Of a DNA stretch of 64,000 nucleotides, positions 24,595 through 37,231 are shown one piece after another (position 1 is the first letter of the stretch; the number at the start of each line of letters is the position of its first letter). Under the pieces are notes generated by a model. That model was not told where the DNA came from, made no database searches, and was given only the letters and a program-made list of their open reading frames with translations. The DNA lies in NCBI RefSeq assembly GCF_006345805.1, contig NC_043019.1:22257360-22321359 (forward strand). Reading direction: 5' to 3'. The stretch comes from Octopus sinensis (taxonomy: Eukaryota). Both the position numbers and the translations under genes were made by a program.

Positions 24595-24945
24595 GTGGCT
24601 GTGTGGTAGGTGGCTTGCTTACCAACCACATGGTCTCACATTCAGTCCCACTGTGTGGCACCTTGGGCGAGTGTCTTCCACTATAGCCTCAGGCCGACCA
24701 AACCCATGTGAGTGGATTTGGTAGACGGAAACTGGAAGAAGCCCGTTGTATATGTATATATATATGTATATGTATATATGTTTGTATGTCTGTTTGTCCC
24801 CTCAGCATCGCTTGACAACTGATGCTGGTGTGTTTACGTCCCCGTAACTTAACGGTTCGGCATAAGAGACCGATACAATAAGTACTAGGCTTACAAAGAA
24901 TAAGCTCTGGGGTCGATTTGCTCAACTATAAAGGCAGTGCTTCAG
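24594..24945 (+). mobile_element. SINE family A, 3'-truncated (PAQR3 intron 3)
   Basis: gtggctgtgtggtagg...ggcaccttgggcgagtgtctt...ggggtcgatttgctcaactataaaggcagtgct. Confidence 0.87.
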
Positions 24946-25582
24946 CAGCAACAACAATGGGGTAAGGGATGAGGCTGAGGGGAGGGTCATAGTGCTACTA
25001 AGAACAATCACACACACACACACAAAAGCGCAGGTGCGTGTGCACATAGGTTCCCCCTTCATAGAAGAACAGAATGGAATAAGTAGAGCAAGAGCACACA
25101 CATGAAGATGGAGAGTGTCACTGAGGAGGTCACAAATGTGTGGCGAAAGATTTCTGGACAATGGATGTGTGTTAGAACAATAATAAACGAGTGAAAAACA
25201 AATACATACTGTGTCTGTTTATTTGGAAAAAAAAATGACCATCCCAAAATACAATATATATATATATATATATTATATCATCATCATCATCATCATTTAG
25301 CGTCCGCTTTCCATGCTAGCATGGGTTGGATGGTTCAACTGGGGTCTGTGAAGCCAGAAGGCTGCACCAGGCCCAGTCTGATCTGGCAGTGTTTCTACGG
25401 CTAGATGCCCTTCCTAACGCCAACCACTCCGTGAGTGTAATGGGTGCTTTTTAGGTGCCACCCGCACAGGTGCCAGACGGAGCTGGCAAACGGCCACGAA
25501 CGGATGGTGCTATTACGTGCCACCGGCATGGGGGCCAGGCGAGGCTGGCAACGGACACGAACGGATGGTGCTTTTACGTGCC

Positions 25583-25618
<36 letters not shown>

Positions 25619-25626
25619 GTGTGTGT

Positions 25627-25937
25627 GGAGGCATAATGGCCCAGTTGTTAGGGCAGCAGACTCGCGGTTGTAGGATCGCGGTTTCGATTCCGAGACCGGG
25701 CATTGTGAGTGTTTATTGAGCGAAAACACCTAAAACCCAACGAGGCTCTGGCAGGGGGTGGTGGCGATCCCTGCTGTACTCTTTTGCCACTACTTTCTCT
25801 CACTCTTTCTTCTGTTGGCCTGTTCGCTTAGCCAGCGGAGTGGTGTCATTTGAAGGCTAAAAAACAATGCAAAGTGCATTGTGACCAGCGTTGAGCAGCA
25901 ACATCTGATAGCCTGGTTGGTCACGGTGATCACGGTG
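25627..25937 (+). mobile_element. SINE family D1 (tRNA-like head, tail ending (CACGGTGAT)n)
   Basis: ggaggcataatggcccagttgttagggcagcagactcgcggttgtaggatcgcggtttcgattcc (A/B-box-like). The tail alone also occurs at 38797-38907. Confidence 0.75.
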
Positions 25938-26694
25938 ATATATATATATATATATATCTTATAATTCAATACATATAAGATACGGTAAAAATATTTCTTT
26001 ACCTTCACCTGTTTAATACAATAAATGAGTTAATTGCATTGCAATTAAAAACATTTATGTATTAAGAATCTGGGTACTTTACCAACAGTATATTGGATAA
26101 ATGCTATCCTATAGTGGGTTACACCCATAACCCCTATCTTACTTTGTACTATATATATATATACAAATATGAGAGAGAATCCACTATGTGGATGCTCTTA
26201 TATTTGTGTATTAATAATATTTACTGAATCTCAGTCTTTTATGCGCTAGGCCACTGGTGTTTAAATTGATGTTATTAAATTAATATCCAATTTTTTCACC
26301 CTCATTTTGACTATATATATATATATATATACATATGCATATGCACAGAACTCCTTCCAGCTTACTCTGAGAGATGGGATTAACAGGTGGTAGCTGACAA
26401 AAAATATAGGAGCTTTTACGAGTGTAATATAAGGCCAAACTAAATGGGTATATATATATATATATATAGTTTTTACACCTAGGATGCCCTTCCTAATTCC
26501 TTCCACTTTAAAGAGTGTACTAGGTGCCTGTTTGTGGTACTGGTACTAGTGAGGTTTGCAAGTAACTTACAAGGCGATAATTAATTAAAATAGATATGAA
26601 AAACCATAACAAAGTAATTGCTACATGCTATGAATATGTTTTTAAATTTCGTTTTCAATTTTCTTTTTTTCGTTTTTGTTTTGTTTTATTTCAG

Positions 26695-26898
26695 GAATGG
26701 GAAAGAATATATATGATTATTATAGTGATTCTATCAGTGATAATTTTATCGATTCAACTGAAGCCGAAACGGTTGAACAACTCTTTGACTTTCACCATGT
26801 CTCGAGTACTGATGTACAGTTGTTTAGCTATCTATGGCATCATCCCTGCAGCACACTGGATATACTTGAATGGAGGATGGGAGAATAAAGTTGTCCAG
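26695..26898 (+). CDS. PAQR3: PAQR3 coding exon 4
   Basis: Acceptor ttttatttcag, donor CAG|GTTTGT. 204 nt, phase 0-0. EWERIYMII...YGIIPAAHWIYLNGGWENKVVQ (PAQR3 YGVIPTLHWVWLNGG-like). Confidence 0.95.
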
Positions 26899-26914
26899 GT
26901 TTGTTTGTTTGTTT

Positions 26915-27325
26915 ACTCTCTTTTACTCTTTTACTTGTTTCAGTCATGTGACTGTGGCCATGCTGGAACACCGCCTTTAGTCGAGCAAATCGACCCCAGG
27001 ACTTATTCCTTGTAAGCCTAGTACTTATTTTATCGGTCTCTTTTTTGCCGAACCGCTAAGTTACGGGGACGTAAACACACCAGCATCGGTTGTCAAGTGA
27101 TGTTAGGAGTACAAACACAGACACACAAACACGCACACACACATATATATATACATATATACGACGGGCTTCTTTCAGTTTCCGTCTACCAAATCCACTC
27201 ACAAGGCTTTGGTCGGCCTGAGGCTATAGTAGAAGACACTTACCCAAGATGCCATGCAGTGGGACTGAACCCAGAACCATGTAGTTGGTAAGCAAGCTAC
27301 TTACCACACAGCCACTCCTACGCCT
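26915..27325 (-). mobile_element. SINE family A, full length, starting ~20 nt after the exon 4 donor
   Basis: tactcttttacttgtttcagtcatgtgactg...accacacagccactcctacgcct. Confidence 0.9.
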
Positions 27326-29064
27326 ATTTGTTTGTTTGTTTATTTTTTGTTTTCTATCATCCCGTGCCGGTGGCACATAAAAACCACCCACTACACTCTT
27401 GGAGTGGTTGGCGTTAGGAAGAGCATCCTGCTGCAGAAACTCTGCCAAATCAAGATTGGAGCCTGGTGCAGCCATCTGGTTTGCTAGCCCTCAGTCAAAA
27501 TCATCCAACCTATGCTAGCATGGAAAGCGGACGTTAAACGATGATGATGATGATGATTGTCATGTTAACATCTACTTTTTCATGCTTGCATGGTTCAGTT
27601 GGAACTTGTTGAGGCAGGTTTTCCACAGTTGGGTGTCCATCTTGTCTTCAACGTTCCCCTTGTTCCCAAGGAAGGTAATATTTCCCCATGGCCAGAAATG
27701 TTTTCATAGAGCAATGGGAATGTGTGACATTGCCTGTATGATAGTGATGTTCATTCACAACCATATGTGATATCATGAATCGGATACACACATACAAACA
27801 CAAACATATCTGCACATATATATAAACACACCTATATCATCATCATCATCGTTTAATGTCCATTTTCCATGCTAGCATGGGTTGGATGGTTCGACCAGGG
27901 TCTGGGAAGCCAGGAGGCTGCACCAGGCTCCAGTCTGATCTGGCAGTGTTTCTACGGCTGGATGCCCTTCCTAACACCAACCACCCCATGAGTGTAGTGG
28001 GTGTGTTTTATGTGCCACCGGCACAGGGGCCAGGGGAGGCTGGCAATGGCCATGATTGGTTGGTGCTTTTTACATGTCACTGGCACGGAAGCCAGTCAAG
28101 GTGTCGCTGGCATCGGCCACATTTGGATGGTACTTTTTACATATCACCAGCACGGGTATCACAACGACAATTTCCATTTGATTTTTATTTTGATGTTGAT
28201 GTTCTTGACTCAATAGGTCTCCTCAAGCACAGCAGGTCACCTAAGGAGACCTACTGAGTCAAGTACACCAAGTACAAAATCAAAATCAAATGGAAATTAA
28301 GAACCAGAATGGAAAAAAAAAATCACATCTTTAATTGATGATTATGCCATATATTACTGATAGTCATTTCTATTGTGCCAGCTTATTTAGACATACAGAA
28401 ATGGAGTATAAAATACCATTCAAATTAATATATCCAAAAATATATGCCAATACAACGCTATCTAGGCAATCCAAAATGGGGTATTATTCAAAGAGAACTA
28501 AGGAAATATCAATAGATGAACACAAACAAACAGAATATTAAGAAGAAACATAATATTCTAAGAAAAGCTAGCTAAGCATTTAACTTTTGATGACATCAGT
28601 TGACAAAACAATAAAAGATACACAGAAATTTTGTCAAGATAATTATCTATCAAATATGCTAAAAATTATTTTAGAAAAAATATGTTAGATTATAGAAAAA
28701 AACCATGTGGTTGGGAAACAAGCTTCTTAATGCACTGTCACACCTGCAGCTATATATATGACAGGCTTCTTTCAGTTTCTATCTATCAAATTCATTCACA
28801 AGGTTTTTGGTTTGCCCAGGAATATAGTCAAAAACACTTGCCCTAGGCAGGTGCCATGCTGTGGGACTGAACCCAAGACCACATGGTTGGAAAGCAAGCT
28901 TCTCAACCGCACGTGGTCAGTTATATCACCATCAATACCTTCTTACTTGAAAAGTACCTGAGGGAAATATTCATTATAATAAATATTGATTATTGCAGAG
29001 CCTTTTTCAGCTACTGCCAACTGCATATGGTTATGTAAACCTACTAATTCATTACCTCCTCTTA

Positions 29065-29485
29065 AGTTAAGTTAATTCTTTGGCTCAAAAAGCAAAAAGC
29101 AAGGCCATGTAGGGGGACATGGACTTATGTACAGGGAGGGTGTTCATGCAAAGAGTTCAGGCCATTTCTGGTCTAGAGAGTCTTTGAACCGAGCGGTCGT
29201 CGGCATCTTCTCTATCTCGTCCGGTAGCTTATTCCACGGATCTGCAACCTGGGTGGAGAAAGCCCCTCTCCTTTGATTGAGATGAAATCGTTGCAGATAG
29301 AGCTTTTTGGAGTGACTCCGCAGCCGACGCTCTGGAGCAGGAGTGAAGAACAGCTCTTTTGAAAGGTTACACTTTCCGCTTATGATGTTGTGAGCGAGAA
29401 TGAGATCAGCACGGCGGCATCGTTTTTCGAGAGAATAAAGGTCGAGCGTCTTCAGCCTTTCTTTCATAAGACAAATGCTTGAGAC
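29065..29485 (-). mobile_element. CR1/L2-like LINE 3' end (ORF2 C-terminus)
   Basis: ERLKTLDLYSLEKRCRRADLILAHNII...RLRSHSKKL...FSTQVADPWNKLP, a typical CR1 ORF2 tail. Confidence 0.87.
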
Positions 29486-29735
29486 CAAGAACCATGTGGG
29501 TGGCCAGCTTCTGGACTCTTTCGAGATGATGTATGTCTTTGAGGAGATAAGGTGAAGAGGCTTGAATCCCTAACTGCTTGTCAAGTTTACCCTTTGACTT
29601 AAATTGTAGTTATCTGTTTGTGTGTGTGTATGTGTGTGTGTGTGTGTGTATGTGTGTGTGTGTGAAACTATTATTATATAGTTTCAGAGTTTAACAACAT
29701 TATTTTTCTGTTTTCTTTTTTCTTCTTTTCTCCAG

Positions 29736-29826
29736 GTGTTTGTCCCCAAAATAGTTGTCATGTATTTAATTGGTGTCGGTGCAGTCTTCTTCTATTTGTC
29801 TCAGGTACCAGAAAGATTAGCTCCAG
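29736..29826 (+). CDS. PAQR3: PAQR3 coding exon 5
   Basis: Acceptor ttcttttctccag, donor CCAG|GTAAGA. 91 nt, phase 0 to 1. VFVPKIVVMYLIGVGAVFFYLSQVPERLAPG carries the PAQR VPERxxPG motif. Confidence 0.96.
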
Positions 29827-30383
29827 GTAAGAGTCTCATGCAAATAATCTATATTTTTGTCTTTCTTGCCTTTTTCTGTTTTGTTTTTTTTTCTTCATAT
29901 TTCTCATCTATTTCATAAATGGACAACAAGCATTCTGTCATTTATCATTCATCACTCACCATTCAATGTCACAGCTGTGATGGATGTAGGATTGGAAACA
30001 TCATTAGTCAAATGTGTTGAGTCAAGGAGTACAATGTACTATGCCGCTTTATACTCTGAGTTCAAATCTTGCTCAGGTGAACTTTATCTCTCATCCTTCT
30101 GGGTTGCATAAAATAAAGTACTAGCTAAGTACTGGGGTCTGTGGTATTAACTATTGCCCTCCCACCAAATTTTAATCATAATGATTATAAAAATATTGGT
30201 TTCAAGGCCAGCAATTTTGAGGGGAGTTGTAAATTGACTCCAGTGCTCAACTTGTACTTAGTCTATTGATCCCAAAAGGATGAAAGGTCAGCCTTGGAGG
30301 AATTTGAACTCGGAACGTAAAGAGGGACAAAATATCACTAAGCATTTTGCCCAGCATGCTAATGACTCTGTCAGCTTGCTACC

Positions 30384-30472
<89 letters not shown>

Positions 30473-30968
30473 TACAACTACTACTAAGTCAGTGAGCCGG
30501 CAGAATCATTAGCATGTCAGACAAAGTGCTTAGTGGAATTTTTTCTAGTTCCTTTATGTCCTGAGTTCAAATACTGCTAAGGTTGGCTTTGCCTTTCATC
30601 CTTTCAGGGTTGATAAAGTAAGTACCAGTTGAGCACTGGGGTCAATGTAATTGACTTGACCTCTTGCATGGAATTGCTGGTCTTGTGCCAAAATTTGAAA
30701 CCATAATATTAATCTTTAAACCCAGGTTTTGTTGGAACTCCTGGAGTCTTGCATGCCTAGCGGACTTGCTGCCAGCAGCTTACAGTGCCATACTTAGCAG
30801 CATTTCATCTTTCTTTAAGTTCAAGTTCCGCTGAGATCGACTTTGCCTTTCATTTTTTTCAGGTTTTATAACATAAGTATCAGTTAAACATTGGGGGGCA
30901 ATATAATCGACTTACTCCCTCCCCAGAAATTGCTGGCCTTGTGTCAAAATTAGAAACCATTATTATTA

Positions 30969-31322
30969 TTCTATGTTTGACTTTTACTTTATATTTGTAC
31001 AAGTTGGCTCCAAGTCTCACCCAGAGACCTCAAGAGACGACAGGTTGGAAGTTCATGTTGTTGTTATGCCTAGTGTGCCATATATTTGGTTTTGTATTTA
31101 GTGTTGTACTAGTGAATGTCAAAAGAAAAACATACGAAAATTATGTTTGTTTTAAACCCTGAGATTACATAGAAAGGATTTTGCATAGGATGTGAGCAGT
31201 TCCCATGAGCACTATCTTTTGAATTTCTGCCATTTTTGGTTCCTGGTATCTGAGCTAGTTAGCAATCAGCCCCTTTTGCTATCATTCCCAGGGCACCTAT
31301 GACAACAGGTATTGTTTTAGTC
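30969..31322 (-). mobile_element. R4/Dong-like RLE retrotransposon 3' end, second copy
   Basis: Closely similar to 18860-19210 and truncated at the same point (ttttagtc); flanked by (ATT)n. Confidence 0.8.
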
Positions 31323-31356
31323 TTCATGTTCCACATTTTGCACATTTCACATTCCA

Positions 31357-31390
<34 letters not shown>

Positions 31391-31411
31391 TCTTTTTTCT
31401 CTCCCATTCAG

Positions 31412-31551
31412 GAATTTTTGACATCGTCGGAGCCAGTCACCAAATTTGGCACATCTTTATCTTCTCATCTCTTGTGTGGTGGCGCAAATCTTACATGGAA
31501 CTCTTAGACTATCGCATGCAGTACCCTTGTGTCCACAAAGCATCCACATAA
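31412..31551 (+). CDS. PAQR3: PAQR3 coding exon 6 (terminal, stop TAA 31549-31551)
   Basis: Acceptor ctctcccattcag. (G)IFDIVGASHQIWHIFIFSSLVWWRKSYMELLDYRMQYPCVHKAST* carries the HQIWH metal-binding motif. Exons sum to 320+163+153+204+91+140=1071 nt, in frame. Confidence 0.96.
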
Positions 31552-31699
31552 CATCCAACAGATCTTTTTAGGTTTTACAAAAAAAAAATTCTTTTGAAAA
31601 ATTCCATTTCTTAATTAGCATCTCCAATTAGATTTTCGTGTCTTTCAAATTTCACCTCCTCCTACCACAATTTTTACAACCACCTTCCACCACAATTTT

Positions 31700-31880
31700 T
31701 CCTCCTCCTCCTCCTTCTTCTTCTTCTTCTTCTTATTTTTCTTCTTCTTCTTCTTCTTCTTCTTCTTCTTCTTCTTCTTCTTCTTCTTCTTCTTCTTCTT
31801 CTTCTTCTTCTTCTTCTTCTTCTTCTTCTTCTTCTTCTTCTTCTTCTTCTTCTTCTTCTTCTTCTTCCTCCTCCTCTTCT
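31700..31880. repeat. (TTC)n tract in the probable PAQR3 3' UTR
   Basis: About 40 consecutive ttc units ~150-330 nt after the stop codon. Confidence 0.93.
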
Positions 31881-32434
31881 GACAGAATTAGATGATTGGG
31901 CACAGCAGTTTGGATGTTGGTGATTCAGCATGGCTGGCTGGACATTGAACCCATTTTGGTGACTACTTTTTGGCACTGGAGAGGAAACACACATGCAGAG
32001 AGAGAGAGAGAGAGAGATTACACATACATAACTTGATACTCACATACAGAAACAGCAAGACAATGAGAGAGAGTGGGGGAGTAGAAGAGAGAGTGAGAAC
32101 AAAAAAGCATTAAAACTTCTGATGTCAAACAAATCTGCATTGAATCAGTGACATCAACTAAGTAGCACCGAAACAGCTGTGTCCTCTTCTGATTCTCCTT
32201 TCTTCTTCTTCCTCTTTCTGTCCTCTTCTTCTCCCAGAATTCCATTGCCTCCTTTCTCCCAGGCCAGCACAACTGTCATTCTTACGATAACAAGACTAAA
32301 TATGACAGCTTTCAATATTCTAGTCCATTATTTTTTTTTTTTTTTTGTAATGAAAATTGATTTATTTCCCATTTTTAACAAACAATACCATTATGCAACA
32401 ACGAATGTCAAACGAGTAATATTGTTGGATATGC

Positions 32435-33490
32435 AAGTGCATATATATGTGTATGTGTGTGTGTGTATATATATATGTATGTGTGTATGTATGTGTCTGT
32501 GTGTATATATATGTATGTATGTGTTTGTGTGTATAAATATATGTATGTATGTATGTATGTGTGTGTGTATAAATATATGTATGTATATGTGTGTGTGTAT
32601 AAATATGTATGTATGTGTTTATATGTATAAATATATGTATGTATGTGTTTGTGTGTATAACTATATGTATGTACGTGTGTGTGTGTATAAATATATGTAT
32701 GTATGTATGTGTGTATATATATATGTGTGTGTGTATGTATGTATGTATGTATGTGTATATATATATATATATATGTATGTGTATATATATGTATGTATGT
32801 GTGTATATATATGTATTTATGTGTGTATATATATGTATGTATGTGTGTATGTATATGTGTATATATATATATATGTATGTATGTGTGTATATATATGTAT
32901 GTATGTGTGTATGTATATGTATATATATATGTCTGTATTTATGTGTGTGTATATGTATTTATATATGTGTGTGTATATATATATGTATGTATCTATGTAT
33001 GAATGTATGTATATATACCTCTGTCTGTCTATCTGTATACACATACATATATATACGTCTGTCTGTCTGTATACACATATATATATATGTATGTCTGTAT
33101 GCATGTATGTATGTACCCTGCCACACACATAGACATATGTACATGGATATACATGCGAAAACACATAAATTTGTATATGAATATTCTATATATAAGCCTG
33201 TACAAATTGATAATTATATACGCTTATAAATAGATATTTATATAAATATGTACGTATGTTTATGTATGTTTATATAAGTACCATGATTACATATATATAT
33301 ATGTATGTATATTTGTATATATGTATGTTTGTATTTATATAAGTACTATATATTACATATGTATATATATACATGTGTGTGTGTGTGTGTGTGAGACTGC
33401 AAGCTTGTAAATATATTTATATGCATGTATATTCACATATATGCATATGTACATCTGCACATGCACACACACACACACACACACACATCT
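32435..33490. repeat. Compound (TA)/(TG)/(TATG) microsatellite field
   Basis: Direct reading. Confidence 0.93.
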
Positions 33491-35881
33491 CAAAGGCTTT
33501 TTCAGTGTAACACTTTGTTTTCATAACTAGAAAAAGCTTTGGAGTCTAGAAAGAGGAGGACCTCTACACGGCTACTGAATCTGCTAGAAACAGCAGTCAG
33601 ATTTCACTCAAATCACACCTTGTCATCTTTGAAAAACAAAAGAAAAGGAAAAAAAATGGATCAATGCATTGGATAATGTAGTCTGTGATACATGGAAAAA
33701 CAAAAGATGGGATGGTCATGGTTGGAATCCCTTTGATCGTAGGTCTGCCTAATCAAAGCTGACTTGTGCTTAAAGAACAATGACAGTGACTTGGATGAAA
33801 CATGGATTCCTTTTATCAAAAATGTGTTTAGAATGGAGATTTCTTTACTTGAGTTTGTGATTGATTATAAAAAAGGCGAAAAAAGAAAAAAGAAAAAGAA
33901 AAAGAAAAAAGATATTGTTGCATCTTGGTAAAGTCATTTTGACTGTTAAGAGCACATGCACTATTACTATTTACACATTTGAAGGCAGCAAGCTGGCAGA
34001 ATCGTTAGCACCCCAGGTGTAATACTTAGCAACATTTTGTCTGTCTTTATGTTTTTTGAGTTCAAATTCTGCCGAGGTTGACTTTGCCATTCATCCTTTT
34101 GGGGGTGGATAAAATAAGTCCCAGTTGAAAACTGGGTTGATGTAATCGACTCACCCCCTCTCCTGAAATTGCTGGCCTTGTGCCAAAGTTTGAAACCAGT
34201 ATTTACCCATTTATTTAAAAAAAAAAGTTTATTGTTGGTTAATGGCATAAAATTTCCTTTGTCCTTCATCTGTTGACCAAAACCCTGATCACTCTGCTGC
34301 ACTTTCTGTTTACATTCTATATTCCTAGTCTGTTGTTCTTGTATACAGAAAAGCCTCAACAGAGTATTCTGGAATTTAGAGTTTAAGATCCTGGGACCAA
34401 CTATTAATTTTACCCGTCTGTGTCTTTGTTTTAATATTCTGCAGTATTTTTTGGGGGTTGGTAAGTTCTCTGATCCTCTTGTGCCTATAGCTATTAATCC
34501 CACTCCATACACACACACACACACATGCATGTATACACACACATACACACACATGTATGTATACTCTTTTACTCTTTTACTTGTTTCAGTTATTTGACTG
34601 CGGCCATGCTGGAGCACCGCCTTTAGTCGAGCAAATCAACCCCGGGACTTATTCTTTGTAAGCCCAGTACTTATTCTATCGGTCTCTTTTGCTGAACCAC
34701 TAAGTGACGGGGACGTAAACACACCAGCATCGGTTGTCAAGCAATGCTAGAGGGACAAACACAGACACACAAATGCGTTGTGTTTTTTTGTGCTTTCTTG
34801 TTTGGATTAACTATATATATGTATATATATATATATATATGTGTGTGTAAGTATAAATGTTATGTAATGTATGTATATATATATATATGATATGTAACAT
34901 ATGCTGTGTGATATCTATAAAAGAAAGAAAACTGATATCACCAACTGATAGGATACACGGTAACCAAGCAAACTGTGTCAGAGGTTTATGTTGTATCCCT
35001 TTTTTGGGCCCCATGTGGCAGACTCTTGCTTCTGAAATAGCTTAGTCCAGTCCACTTAGCTGATAATAGACCCCATCACAGGTTAGGAACAGCTTGCAAC
35101 TGCAGGCAGCAGCAGGTAGGCAGACAGGCAGCACTGAATTCAAGTCCTCCAACCTGTGGGCCTGCAGAGATTCCCTGCGCCCCTCTTTCCCGCCCTCTGC
35201 TCCAACCCTCTAATATACAACCTCAAACCAAAGTCTTTCTGTCTCTTGCCATTTCAAAGCAAATTCTGAAGTTGTGAATATTGACTGTGACTGATAGGTA
35301 GATGGATGGCAGCAAGGATGAATGGATGGGATGAGGGCTGGGTGGGTGGATGGATTGATGGATGGGTGAATGAATGATGGGTGGGTGGGTGGGTGGATTG
35401 ATGGATAGCTGAATGGATGGATGGATGGACGGATAAATAAGTTGCTTATACAATAACATATCATTTCATATTAAATGTTCTTGTGGCACAGTGTTCCTCA
35501 CCACCACCACTGCCGCCGCCGCAGCCGCTTCCTCCTCCTCCACCTCCTCCTCCTCCCCCACCTTTTCACCTGATAGATAATCTTTTAATTTCAACCATTA
35601 TTTCATTGCAGACATTTAAGAGATGCTTCTCTAAAAAACACACAATAAGAATATTTATTTAGGGTTTTGTTATTATTTTATGTATTTACTTATTATTTTT
35701 TTTTTGAATGCTATATACTATCCTTGGTATATATAACTTCCAATATATCCTGCCAAATAGACAAAGATTACATTGTATGTATGTATTTTCTTCCTCTCTG
35801 TTGGACAATACAAGCACTTACACACACACAACGGAAACTTCCGCTTACCAAATTCAATCACACAGCTTATGGGATATATAT

Positions 35882-35921
<40 letters not shown>

Positions 35922-36592
35922 CATATACATAGCATATATATGTGTATGCTATACACATGCACCCCTCCCCCCTCTCTCTCTCTATATATATATATATGGT
36001 GGCTGCCCCCTCGTTATCGAGTATGGCCATTGCACGAAGCTTAATCAATGTTATCGTGCAATGCCTGTGCAAGAAGATTTTTTTTTTAAGTGAGGAAAGG
36101 CTGTGCACTGAGTCAATCCCACTCACTAAGCAACAGCAGCCATAATCCGAAAAGAAGAACAAGTCAACATCATCGGTAACCACTGAGCCGCAGGTTTTAT
36201 GTCGGAGTTATCCCAGTTACATACATACATACATGTGTGTGCTTGTCTGTGTGTGTGTGTATATATATATATACACATGTATATACACACATACATGTGT
36301 GTATTCATGTGTGTGTTTATATATATCTGTGCATGTTGTGCTATAAATGTATATATACAATATATGCTATATAGGTAAAAATATGTATGCTTTATTTCAT
36401 TTGTGTATAAATTCCCACGATGCATTGGAAATATTTGGTGCTGAACAAAACATTCACTAAATTCTTGATATTTTCTCAGTTCATGATTTATTTTAAATGT
36501 ATTCTGTTGCTATGCCTGTCAAATATGGGGGTCAGTATTACTGATTTAGCCCCTCACACCAAATCTGCTGGTCTCATGCCAAAATTTGAAAC

Positions 36593-36634
<42 letters not shown>

Positions 36635-37173
36635 GGCGGTGAGCTGACAGAATTGTTAGCACGCTGGGCAAAATGCTTAGCAGCATTTCATCCATCCTTA
36701 CATTTTGAGTTCAAATCCCACCAGGGTCAACTTTGCTTTTCATCCTTTCAGGGTTAATAAATTAAGTACCAGTAAAACACTGGGGTCTATGTACTATGTA
36801 ATCAACTAGCCTTCTCCCCTGAAATTTCAAGCCTTGTGCCTTTAGTAGAAAAAATTATTATTGCTACTATTATCATTATTATTATTATTATTATTACGTG
36901 GCCGTTGCCAGTGCCGCCCCGACTGGCTTCCGTGCCGGTGGCGCGTAGAAAGCACCATCCGATTGTGGCCGTTTGCCAGCCTCGTCTAGCACCTGTGCCG
37001 GTGGCACGTAAAAAGCACCCACTACACTCATGGAGTGGTTGGCGTTAGGAAGGACATCCAGCCATAGAAACATTGCCAGATCAGACTGGGGCCTGGTGCA
37101 GCCTTCTGGCTTCCCAGACCCCAGTTGCACCGTCCAACCCATGCCAGCATGGAAAGCGGACGCTAAACGATGA

Positions 37174-37231
<58 letters not shown>

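Noticed and set aside
25627-25700. tRNA genes (also at 40857, 39564 and SINE A heads)
   Set aside because: A/B-box-like motifs run straight into SINE bodies and no complete cloverleaf could be folded.
32179-33229. 317-aa and 206-aa ORFs downstream of PAQR3
   Set aside because: A short UTR-like start followed by TA/TG repeat; no coding signature.
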